NCBI GenBank assembly: GCA_964016885.1
Contig: OZ024743.1
Span: forward strand, 279,496,001-279,560,000
DNA: 64,000 nt
Direction of reading: 5' to 3'
DNA from: Eledone cirrhosa
Lineage: Eukaryota
A model generated the notes under the pieces. The model did not search any database, was not told the DNA's origin, and was given only the letters and a program-made list of their open reading frames with translations. Position numbers and translations under genes: made by a program. Below, piece by piece: positions 33,860 through 45,775 of this stretch (its first letter is position 1; every line of letters begins with the position of its first letter).

Positions 33860-35500
33860 CTAGCCCATGTTCTTAGCGCAGGAGTATCCTAGTATAACTT
33901 TGTGTCGGTTAAAGATGGAGCGGTATTTATGACCTATGGGAAAGTGTCTATCAAAGAGGGCTAGAAATATTTTTCCTACATTGGTTTTACCGTTGAGTGA
34001 AAAGGGAGGAGAGAACCAGTTAGTTTGTATATTGTTGCGCTTACTTTTCTTAATGGTCTTGTTGCTAGTGGGAGAGTAAATGATAGGTTGTGAGAAGCCG
34101 CTGTTATTGAACGCCATGTTATAGTAGGGTGCCGCCCTGTCAAATATAGCCTTATTAGAGGAGAGGTTTGACATTCTAGTACTGATATTCTTAACGAAGT
34201 TTCTAAAAACAGTGGGAGGGTTGCATGAGTCCTTGTGAATGTAATTGAGTTTCTCGTTTAGCTTCTGGAAGGGTCTGTGGGTGTGTGTGCGAAGGTCTAA
34301 ATTAATGTCTAAGAAATCTACACTAGAGAGGTTGGTGGCTACTGTTATCCTCAGTCCTAACTCATTGAAGGTAGAAGCTAAGTCCTTTTTAAACCGGTCG
34401 CGGTCGTGACCACTTTTATGGCTCGTTAAAGTCAGTCCATCGTCGCGGTATATTCCCGTGTGGAAGTCCGGGAATCTAACACGTAATATGTCTAAGATAA
34501 ATTGGCCAACCAAGTCACATACGTCAGCACTATCAAGCCATCCCATGGAGACGTCGAATAGGTCTGAAGTTGTAGACTTCTCTGCCCAGGCTACTCCGTC
34601 GTTGAAGAGGAGGGTTTTTCGGCAGATAGCGATGATTTCCCTGTCTAAACCATCGACGGTGGTATAAGTAGTAGCGAAGCCCAACGCTTTGTTTAACAGG
34701 GTCTCTGAGATCAACCGGTAAAAATCGATAATGTCAAACTGTGTGAACTTCGCTTTTTGGGATTTTAAGGAGTTACACCACTTAATTACGGAGTCGCTGT
34801 TCTCCCACTGGGGCAGGTTGGACTTGGTCCTAATGGTCTTAACTATGTTTCTAAGTATGGCCTTACTGACTAGTCCCATATCTGTGCGCGCCGGGTTTAT
34901 TAGTCTACAGGTGGAGTTAGAAGTAAAGTCTACATTGTGATCTCTCAGGGCGTGGAACGCCTCCCGCTTAGCTAGAGATTGTAGCTTCTTATCTACCTTA
35001 AGGTCTGCGGCAAGTTCCTTGGCTTCTGTATTAATGTCGTGGTAGGCCATAGAGTTAGCTTTCTTATATTTAGAAGTAATAGCGTATTGGCCAGGTGACG
35101 GAAAGTGGTGTTGTCGACTTCGTAAATATTATTATTTTTGTCGGAAAGAACGAAGGTGTTATTAGACCTACATTTCTTAATATCATTTCTGAATTTAGTT
35201 TGAAAGGTGTTAGTGTGTTTGCGAAAGGAAATGTTAGCGACTGAGTCAAGAAGGTCCGTATCGAAAGGAGCAAGTTCAGTTACCTTAGGAGGGTAGGCTC
35301 TCGATTTCAGGTTGAAGGTGTTGTTGGTGCTTGTAATTTTGCCGTCAAAAGCTAGGGCTCGCCATCTTAAGCGTCTGACGATATCTTCCGCTTTTTGTAG
35401 GAGGAGCTTTTGGTAAACATGGTTGGAGGGAGTTGGAATGTTCTTTAGGGAGTAATCCAGTTCGTATAAATCCATACTGACGTTGATGAGACGCAACATT
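33860..35500 (-). pseudogene. PLE ORF N-terminal half plus RT (one frameshift near 35050)
   Basis: LDYSLKNIPTPS...SDKNNNIY...CRLINPA...QFDIIDFY...MGWLDSADVCDL...GIYRDDGL...VDFLDI. Confidence 0.9.
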
Positions 35501-36833
35501 GTGTAGGACACGAGGATATAGAGAGCGCTACCACTTATACCACCGTCGTTTAGACAGGGAAATCATCGCTCACTGCCGGAAAACCCTCCTCTTCAACGAC
35601 GGAGTAGCCTGGGCACAGAAGTCTACAACTTCAGACCTATTCGACGTCTCCATGAGATCGTTTGACAGTGCTAAGGTATGTGACTTGATTGGCCTATTTA
35701 TCTTAGACATATTACGTGTTAGATTCCCGGACTTCCACACGGGAATATACCGCGACGATGGACTGATATCGAGCCATAAAAGTGGTCACGACCTCGATCG
35801 GTTTAAAAAAAACTTAGCTTCTACCTTCAATGAGTTAGGACTGAGGATAACAGTAGCCACCAACCTCTCTAGCGTAGATTTCTTAGACATTAATTTAGAC
35901 CTTCGCACACACACCCACAGACCCTTCCACAAGCTAAACGAGAAACTCAATTACATTCACAAGGACTCATGCCACCCTCCCACTGTTTTTAGAAACTTCG
36001 TTAAGAATATCAGTACTAGAATGTCAAACCTCTCCTCTAATAAGGCTATCTTTGACAGGGCGGCACCCTACTATAACACGGCGTTGACTAATAGCGGCTT
36101 CTCACAACCTATCACTTACTCTCCCACTAGCAACAATACCATTAAGAAAAGTAAGCGCAACAATAGACAAACTAGTTGGTTCTCTCCTCCTTTCTCACTC
36201 AACGTTAAAACCAATGTAGGAAAAAGACTTTTAGCCCTCTTAGATAGACACTTTCCCATTGGTCATAAATACCGCTCCATCTTTAACCGACACAAAGTTA
36301 TACTAGGATACTCCTGCGCTAAGAACATGAAGGCCCACATCACCAGCAGCCCTAGGAGCAACACCCCACCAGGGTGCTCTCGCCGTAAGCCTGAAGCTTG
36401 CCGCCTGCAACAGCAATGCAATACGCCAGCTGTAATTTATGAAGCTGTGATCACTTCCAACCGACCAAACGAACCACAGGAGGTCCAATCCTATGTGGGC
36501 ATGGCGGAGGGCCGATTTAAGGAACGTTTCCTGAACCACCAGTCTACCTTCAGGTACCCGGACAGACGTTCATCCACGAAACTCGCGAGCCACGTATGGT
36601 CCCTCAAGGACTCAAGTATAGACTATTCCATTCAATGGAAAGCCATCACTAAGTCCAAGCCATACGCAAGGGGAAATCCGACATGTGGCTTATGTATTGA
36701 CGAACGAATAACTATTCTAAAGAGATTATGCAATAGTGATTGCCTAAACACGAGTATGAATTTTTCACGCGTTGTCCACACGTCGCCAAATACCTATTGC
36801 ATAAATACAAGGCTCCGGACTGATTCTTTGTAA
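35499..36833 (+). CDS. PLE RT (C-terminal part) plus GIY-YIG endonuclease, 5'-truncated
   Basis: GIYRDDGL, VDFLDI, WFSPPF, AVIYEA...YVGMAEGRFKERFLNH...CGLCIDE. Inverted near-copy of 33862-34670. Confidence 0.9.
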   Translation: MCRTRGYRERYHLYHRRLDREIIAHCRKTLLFNDGVAWAQKSTTSDLFDVSMRSFDSAKVCDLIGLFILDILRVRFPDFHTGIYRDDGLISSHKSGHDLDRFKKNLASTFNELGLRITVATNLSSVDFLDINLDLRTHTHRPFHKLNEKLNYIHKDSCHPPTVFRNFVKNISTRMSNLSSNKAIFDRAAPYYNTALTNSGFSQPITYSPTSNNTIKKSKRNNRQTSWFSPPFSLNVKTNVGKRLLALLDRHFPIGHKYRSIFNRHKVILGYSCAKNMKAHITSSPRSNTPPGCSRRKPEACRLQQQCNTPAVIYEAVITSNRPNEPQEVQSYVGMAEGRFKERFLNHQSTFRYPDRRSSTKLASHVWSLKDSSIDYSIQWKAITKSKPYARGNPTCGLCIDERITILKRLCNSDCLNTSMNFSRVVHTSPNTYCINTRLRTDSL

Positions 36834-36980
36834 TTTTATTTTCAATCTAAAAACTGTTCTAACTTTCGCAGTTATCTCCCTTACACCTCTCGCACGCAGT
36901 CTAGTATTGCCTGTGTGAAGTGATCGGGTTTCTGCGCATGCGCGTTCGTACGGTTATCGTTCTTGTTCCTATAACCATGC

Positions 36981-37030
36981 CCATTCGGAGCTGAGGATCC
37001 GCTAAGGTGAAACAATTGTTCTCGGTATGG
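36981..37030 (+). ncRNA. Type I hammerhead ribozyme at the 3' end of the PLE
   Basis: gag-CTGAGGA-tccgctaaggt-GAAAC-aatt-GTT-ctc, with palindromic stem III. Confidence 0.85.
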
Positions 37031-37515
37031 TGAACTAACTGTTGTGTAACCACTTCTATATATATATGTGTGTGTGTGTGTGTGCTCTTGAGTGTGTATG
37101 TATCTATGTGTGTGTGTACCTGCGCGTGTGTGTAAATGTTTAATAATCATTACGGAAAATTGAAATTTGAAATGTGTTCCACGCAACCCAAGTGATAATA
37201 ATTGTTTCTACTTTTGGCACAAGGCCTGTAATTATTCAGTGTATTACTGGTACTAATGATAATAATAAGAGTTGAATACTGTGAATGATAGGCATGTTTA
37301 TCCATTGTCGATTTTCTTAACTATTATTTATTGTGACCGACTATTATTATGGTCATTTGCGTTGAAACATACACCATTCATATATTCAAATATATAACAA
37401 AGAGGGGGTGGTAAAATACCAGGTGGACCATAAAGCACTAGAGTTCGGAACTAGCTGTCGAAACGGCCGTAGCTCAACTGTCGGGGCCCTGATTCTTTCC
37501 CTATATATATATATA

Positions 37516-37607
<92 letters not shown>

Positions 37608-38663
37608 TGTGTGTGTTTGTGTGTGTGCGCGCACGTGTGTGTGTGTGCGGAGGGTTGAGAGTGTGTATGTATGTATGCGAATGTATGTATGCGTGTTTGT
37701 ATGTATGTGAATAGAGAGAGATATGAGAGAGAGAGACAGTGAACGAGGAAGAAGGAACGAAATTGATATTCTTGTAGACTCCATTATATAGACACAAAGA
37801 GGTATATTTGCTTAGATGGAAGAGGTACAAAGCTAGAAATGAAGAAAAAACCTTACGCAGAGTGGGAGGAAGAATAATAGGGATAAAGAGAAAGAGTATG
37901 TGTGCGTACATGTATGAGCGTGTGTGTGTGGGTGTACCTGTGTGTCCGAATATGTTTGTGTGCATGTGTATATATTTGTATTTGTGTTTGTATGTGTGGA
38001 AGACTGTGTTAGGGCAAATACTCTAATGGGCACGTATATTAGAGTGTAAAGGAAACGTACACAGACACATATACATACATTCATATACAGATATATACGC
38101 AAAAACATGAACATGCACGCGAAAACTTTCATACAGAGGAAAACGAACATACACAAATACATGCATTAAATATTCAGCAAGACAAAAAAAAAAAAAATAG
38201 AAATAAAGTAAGAAAAAATGAAGGAAAGAGAGAATGAAAGAAAAAAAGAAAGAAAGACAGAAAGACAAAAAGAAAGAAAGGAACAAAGACAGAAAGAACG
38301 AACGTAAGAAAGAAAGAGAGAAAGACAGAGACGGGAAGATATGGCTGTTGAAATGGAAGGCGGGGTCCGGAAGGAGAATGTGATAGAAAACGAGGATTGA
38401 ACATAGATCCCCAAGGCATTGAACATGAAGTGCAAAAGGTGAAAATTTAATTAAATTTCAATAGTGTTGTTGAAAGCGGCAACGGAGTGGTATGGTGATG
38501 GTAAAATCTGGAAATTTTAGCCTTGCTGCGGAAAGCCATACAAGTTAATGTATAGTGCTTTTTTTTAAATGTGTGCTTCCACACACATACACGCACATTC
38601 AAAGGCACACATATACATACAAACACACATATAGAAATACACACAGGCATATATGTAATGTAT

Positions 38664-38726
<63 letters not shown>

Positions 38727-39265
38727 GAGTTATATATACATTGTATATGTAATATATAATTATATCTCTATATGTATATATATATATATTATATACATAT
38801 TTATTTATGTGTATATATATATACATACATAAACAAATATGTATATAATATTTCTTTATGTGAATGTATGTGGGTATTAGTATATTTACGTGAGTATATA
38901 TGTATACACTAGGAGGATTGTTGGGACGGAAGTTTAATGGACTAGCGGTTGTTGTGTTCTTGAGATAGGAGCTAATAGACAGAAAGGGGAAAAGAATTAA
39001 GGTTAAATATTGTAGAGTATATGACGAGGGAAAGGAATTCCGACTCTGTGTGTGAGAGTGTGAAGAATCATATTGTGTTTGGGCTTTTTTTAATGTGGGT
39101 TCTGTTTAGATTTGGTGGTTTCATTGTACCATCAGTGAAAACGTAATCCACATACTCACTTGCATATGTGTATATATAGATATATATGTACATGTGCGTG
39201 TGCGTGTATGTATATGCTCATGTGTGCGTTGTTTGTGTCTGTGTATGTTATGTGTGTGTCCGCAA

Positions 39266-39297
<32 letters not shown>

Positions 39298-40305
39298 CGT
39301 AGTACATACACACACACACATTCATGCCCAAATGTTTAACACCACTCAAATATGTTTAACATCTTTTGGAAATAGAAGTTAGTAATCAACTTCAAGCATC
39401 AATTTTATTGTGGACATGTTTTCAAATAGTGTAAACTAGTTATATTGTATATTTACCCTTTTGCCTTGAACTTGACGAGGCACGCTGGGTTTAGGAACAT
39501 GGCAGTAACCCATGCATACTTTATTGCTTCGACTTTCGCTTTTAACCTTGATGGTTGCTTGCGTGCAGCCGAATGTTCCATGTATTTCTAGACATTTTAA
39601 TAGTCTGACATTGATTTTTTAAAGTTATTCTGACACATCATTTGCTCTGTGGCACAGTGTATCATCGTGTATATGTTGCTCGATGTATATGCATGTATAT
39701 TTCTAGTTCCTCCTTTAACAGTTCTGGATACTTTTGGCCATTCTTAGTTGCCCAAGATTCAAATAAATATAAACCGATGTTTCGAGAAATTGAAATGATT
39801 CCCCAGATTACCTGATAGGGAGAATGTTACATTTTATGTATATTATTTATTATATCTTTTTCCACGAGGCCTAAAGACTTAAAATGGCGTACAACTATCC
39901 GCAGCAGTGATGATGACACAGCTTCGGCCCATGAATAACGTTCAGTGTTAACGTAAGTCAGCCATTTCCACTATTATCAATGTCTACATAGAGAAAGTCT
40001 TTCATTTTTTCATCATGTTCAAAAGCATCTCATTGGCTTGCTCCTTCTCCTTTTCTTCTTCAATGTTATTTGAGTCGTGAGAGTGTCAGGTAGGATATTG
40101 GTGCTATTTGTATCAATTCCTTGCGTTCTAAGTTCAAATAACGCCGAAGTTAACGTTGCCTTTTATCCTTACGTAGTCGATTAAAGCAAGTTCAAGTGAG
40201 GCACTGGGGACGATTTAATCGACTTTCCCTTTCCCTAGAAATTGCCAGTCTTGTGCTAAATGTAGAAAACATTATTATATTTCCTATATATATTTATATT
40301 TCCAG

Positions 40306-40493
40306 GGCGGTGGATTGGCAGTATCGGTAGAGGGTCGGACGCCATGCTTTCCACCATAGTTACGTCCCTTTACGGTCTGAGTTCAAATCCCGTCGAGGTT
40401 AACTTTGCCTTTCATCCTTACGGGGTCGATGAAATAAAGTACCAGTAATGCACTCGGTAATTTGCTGGCCTTGTGCCAAAAGTAGAAACAATT
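40306..40493 (+). mobile_element. tRNA-derived SINE (an older related copy lies at ~40100-40275)
   Basis: A- and B-box-like motifs; family body. Confidence 0.8.
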
Positions 40494-40840
40494 ATTATAT
40501 TTCCTATAGATATTATCGATTATATAAATAAAACTTTAAAATTATTATTTTCGTTATTATTATTATTAGTGTTTTTATTGATGATGATGATTATGATGAC
40601 GTTGACGTTGTTGTTGCTGTGTTGTTGACGTTGTTGCTGTAGCTGGTGCTGCTGGTGTGGCTGTTAGCATTGGTGTCGTCAACATTGTATTATTTTCATT
40701 TGCCACCTTATTTAATTTCCACCAAATATGGCTTCAACTTCGTTCCAGGGGTTAAACTGAAGCATCATTCGCTTAGTTGGCAACCTATAGTCTCTATATA
40801 CATACTTACATTCACACACACACATACACAGACATATATT

Positions 40841-40877
<37 letters not shown>

Positions 40878-40984
40878 ACATACGTACAGAGAGGCAGAGA
40901 GAAACACACATATACAAACAGGCACACAAGAACAAACAAACACACACACATATATATGATTTGTATTTATATATAATCTATATT

Positions 40985-41144
<160 letters not shown>

Positions 41145-41247
41145 TATATATAATCTATATTTCGGTGATAAGGAAGAAACTCATATACACATGTATGTGT
41201 TAGTGTGTGTATCTATGAGCGTGTTCGCGCGCACGCGCCTAAAATTA

Positions 41248-41361
<114 letters not shown>

Positions 41362-41538
41362 CTTGTTGAGTGCTTTATATCAGTAATAAAAATATTTGCT
41401 TGTTGTATCCTAACAATTTAAATAGAACTTCTGCATATATATATATATATATATATTTATTAAAATAACAGATTAAAGTTTAAGCAAAGAATCCTTATCG
41501 AGACCTCTTTGGATTTTAGTCTTCAAATGTATTATTTT

Positions 41539-41577
<39 letters not shown>

Positions 41578-41791
41578 GATAAATCTACCAAAAGTTTACG
41601 GTAGTGTCCAATCCGTATGAAGAACTCAATGTAATCCGGATATCATGAAAAGAGAAGATGCATTCAAAAACTATAAATCTATAGAATATGCATACCAACT
41701 CTAGCACATATATATATCCTAGAAACGATCGTAAAATAATGAATTTTTTTAATATAAGGAACTGTTTCTTTGTTTATTCATTATTTTTTTA

Positions 41792-41870
<79 letters not shown>

Positions 41871-42186
41871 CATCGTGTCCCGAAACCTGATTAACGTATA
41901 AACATTGGCTTAGAACTAAACCGCTTCTATATGCACAGACATTTTCTTAACATCTTGGACACTACCCGCATATTATATACATGCAGACACACACTTAATC
42001 AAAGGTTGCGTACTAAAAAGTTGTACACACATTCATATATAATTTATGCAGGACACACACATTCACGCAATGTGTGTTTCGTATGCATACACATGAAAGA
42101 TAAACGCGATGGTGAGGTAGATATCCATCATACACGCATACAAGCATACATACATAGACACATCCCCCCTCCACACATATTATACC

Positions 42187-42232
<46 letters not shown>

Positions 42233-42461
42233 GGAAATGCACGTAAATATTAATTCATCCTAAATTTAGAATTACACATGTACAAAATTTCGCACTTAAA
42301 TATATGCGCTCACAAACATATACATATATACGACTATATATTTATTTATTTAAGTAGTGCAGTTACTTATTAAATACATACAGATATATATATATATATA
42401 TAAATAAATATAAGAGTGAGAAATGAAATTTCATTTTTTCCATTTATAAATAAATATATAT

Positions 42462-42571
<110 letters not shown>

Positions 42572-42728
42572 ATATTTTGGGAGGGTCATGTTGCCAATAA
42601 GAAACACAAGCACCAGTTGCTTTCACTTCAATTTATTATATATTTTTAAATTTATAAATTTACAAATCTACAAACTTATAAATTTCTCGTTGGTTGGTTG
42701 GTTACACAACCAGATAGTTGTTTATATA

Positions 42729-42775
42729 TAGTCATAGTCCTTTCGTCACACACTCTGTGACCTCTTCAGTGACTA
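42729..42775 (-). ncRNA. Type I hammerhead ribozyme
   Basis: rc: tagtca-CTGAAGA-g gtcaca gagtg tgtgac-GAAA-ggacTA-tgacta. Confidence 0.8.
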
Positions 42776-43090
42776 GGGATTCCTTTCTTTGTTTCTGTGC
42801 CTTTCCTTTCTTCTATCCTACGCCATTTTGTTTCTGTGTGTGTGCTGTGTGCTCAGTTTACGCATGAGCCACATCCGGGTGTCTGTGTGTGTTTGTGTTC
42901 ATTTATCTATTTGTTTATTTATTTATTTATTTATTTTTGGTTGGTTGTTTGTTCTATGTGTGTGTGTGTTTTCCTTTTGTCCTGTGTGTGTTTTCATTTT
43001 GTCCTTAATTGTAAGTTGTTTGTTCTATATAACAATATCGGTTTCAACACACGATTTCAGATAAAGAATCTTGCTAAACTAATTCAGAAA

Positions 43091-43180
<90 letters not shown>

Positions 43181-43320
43181 GTGTTAAACGATATTCAATG
43201 ATGATGTCAAAGAATGAGTTGTACAGTAGATTGGAAGCACTCTACGGCTCTACGGAAAAATATTTTCCGGAGTTATTAATATTAAAATATAAAGATAGAT
43301 GTTCTTTTGATCAATTACAT

Positions 43321-43369
43321 TTTATTATACATATTTCGGATGTACAACAGTACGTCCTCATCAGACAAA
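43321..43369 (-). ncRNA. Type I hammerhead ribozyme
   Basis: rc: tttgt-CTGATGA-ggacgtac tgtt gtacatcc-GAAA-tatgtaTA-ataaa. Confidence 0.75.
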
Positions 43370-43426
43370 CTCTAATGATACATGACATATCCTGAGATGT
43401 TAAATGGTTAAGATTTAATCAAGGTA

Positions 43427-43460
<34 letters not shown>

Positions 43461-43696
43461 GAGAATATTCAAGCGACCAAACACACACACGCATACACAC
43501 ACACACATTTGTATCCTGGCGCCCATCTAAACGTATTTACATGCACTCATATATCATATATTGAAGCAGGCATAGATATACACATATGCACGCATACTCA
43601 TATATTCCTATCTGATATAGTGAATTGAAAACCCCTGAACTACTGATATTATCCAAGCAATTAGAGCGGAAAACTTCCAAGATATACCACTAAAAT

Positions 43697-43848
43697 ATTG
43701 TTTCTACTTTTGGAACTTTACTGGTACTTTATTATATCGACCCCGTAAGGATGAAAGGCAAAGTTTTGAACTCAGAATGGAAAGGGACGTAACTCTTTGC
43801 GTCAAAGCATGGCGTCCGACCCTCTACCGATACTGCCAATCCACCGCC
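43697..43848 (-). mobile_element. tRNA-derived SINE with internal deletions
   Basis: Family body sequence. Confidence 0.75.
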
Positions 43849-44319
43849 TTCGATATACCACTAAAATAATGTCAGTTGAAGGAAAATTGTGGACTATACG
43901 TGCACATTGCCATATTGCAGATTCTAGTGGATACGGTCTTTAGATTCAACTGGTGAATATAACCATTTTGGTCTTATTGGACCACTACAGCAAATCATAT
44001 TCTTCTTAGCAAAACTAAGCGAGATCAATATTTATATTGTGTGTATGTTTATATATATAGCCTAGATAGAATCTTAAAGAGGATGGCAATATTCATAATG
44101 ATAATAACGATAGTGATGTGGATGATAATGAGAAAGAAAAGGAGGATGAATATGAGGACTATAAAAATGAAGTTGATGACGATGACCCAGAAAATATATG
44201 TGACATGCTATTTCCATAAGGGTGTTTTGTCCAGAAAATACTATCTCTAAAATTGTGACCTAGCTCCCACACCCTCTTTCTCTGTCTTTCTTTATCTCTC
44301 TTCCTTAACCCCCCCCCCG

Positions 44320-44401
<82 letters not shown>

Positions 44402-44486
44402 CACTTTCTCACTCAGCATGCAGATATATATATATATATATATAAATAAAAAATAAAAAAAATATATATATTTAATGAAGAAATTG

Positions 44487-44672
44487 AGGTAAGGAACCAG
44501 ATGGACCATAACGCACCAGAGTACTCAATACTTTGTGTAGTAGAATGGGTAATAGGAAAAAGTATGACTCCGATGGCAGAGCACAAGCCGTTTCGACGGC
44601 TTTTCCTGGAAGTTATAGTCCAGAGCCGTCGAAACGGCTTCAGCTCTGCCGTCGGCGTCATACTTTTTCCTA
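44487..44672. mobile_element. Miniature inverted PLE-end insertion, family C
   Basis: 44553-44602 is rc of 44624-44672, with a tail on the left arm. Confidence 0.65.
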
Positions 44673-44674
44673 TA

Positions 44675-45740
44675 CAGAAAGAACAGAGGACACCACACTC
44701 GAGGCACTAACACTTGCTTCCTGAAGCTCCCACACTTCAGTGAAGAAACAATAACAGCCATCCGCAGAGCCATCAGACGAGAGGGACTAGATATCCAACT
44801 GTCCCACTCAGGTCCTTCTCTACGCGGTAGCTAACCAAAAGACACTCCACCTGACATGACAACTGCTGCAGACTAGCCAACTACCCCATCAACGACACAG
44901 ACCTATGCCACCAGGCTTACGTCGTATACAGACTAGAGTGTGACAAATGCAACAACTTCTACGTAGGTAGCACCACCAGACCACTCCACATAAGAATAAA
45001 AGAACACCTCAATACTAACGCTTCCTCATTTAAGAAACACCTAGTTAAATGCAAAAACACCGACAAAACCATAACAGTTAGGATAGAAACTAAGGAAAGA
45101 AACCTCGGCAATCTTAGAATTAAGGACGCACTAATAATAGATAAAACACAACCACCAATCAATGATAGACTAGAACTCAACACCCAATTTATAACCTGAT
45201 AGAGCTTCTAGCCCCATATTTACACACACCCCACACACACACGCACGCACACACACACACGCTTACACCTCCACTTATTCTCTCTCACACATACACACAC
45301 AAAACCAGTTCTAACACCAGATAACACCTATCCCCTACATTTACGAATAGACTTATCTTCTCACACTCACACACTCACATACTTACACCTTCATGCATTC
45401 TCCCACACACTTAAACAGGCATGTATATAATAAAAAAACAAACAAAAACAAACCCATTTTAAAGGGAGACTACTCTTTATCCACCTAAGTTTAACTCTTT
45501 GACATTAGAGATAGAACAGATACTCTATACTATTTCCTGTCAGCATGGCTTTGCAAGCTATTTAGAACGCTGGTTTGAGACCTTTATTTCCCTCTGAAGA
45601 AGAGATATTATCTCGAAAATTAAGGACATTTAAATAAATCTAAGGTAAAAGACGAATTGTCAACAATATCTTTTGCAATTGCATTCATTTTTTCTATGTC
45701 CATACCTGCATTGTTTTGGCTTTATTATACATATTCAAAC

Positions 45741-45745
<5 letters not shown>
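44675..45745 (+). mobile_element. 5'-truncated PLE (GIY-YIG, 3' UTR, minimal HHR at ~45588-45628)
   Basis: YVVYRLECDKCNNFYVGSTTRPLHIRIKEHL at ~44918-45010, and cct-CTGAAGA-agagat att atctc-GAAA-atTA-agg. Confidence 0.8.

Positions 45746-45774
<29 letters not shown>

Positions 45775-45775
<1 letters not shown>

Noticed and set aside
33860-36833. Selenoprotein-encoding or N-terminal-EN (Naiad-type) PLE
   Set aside because: The EN is C-terminal in all copies, and no conserved in-frame TGA at Cys positions or SECIS was seen.
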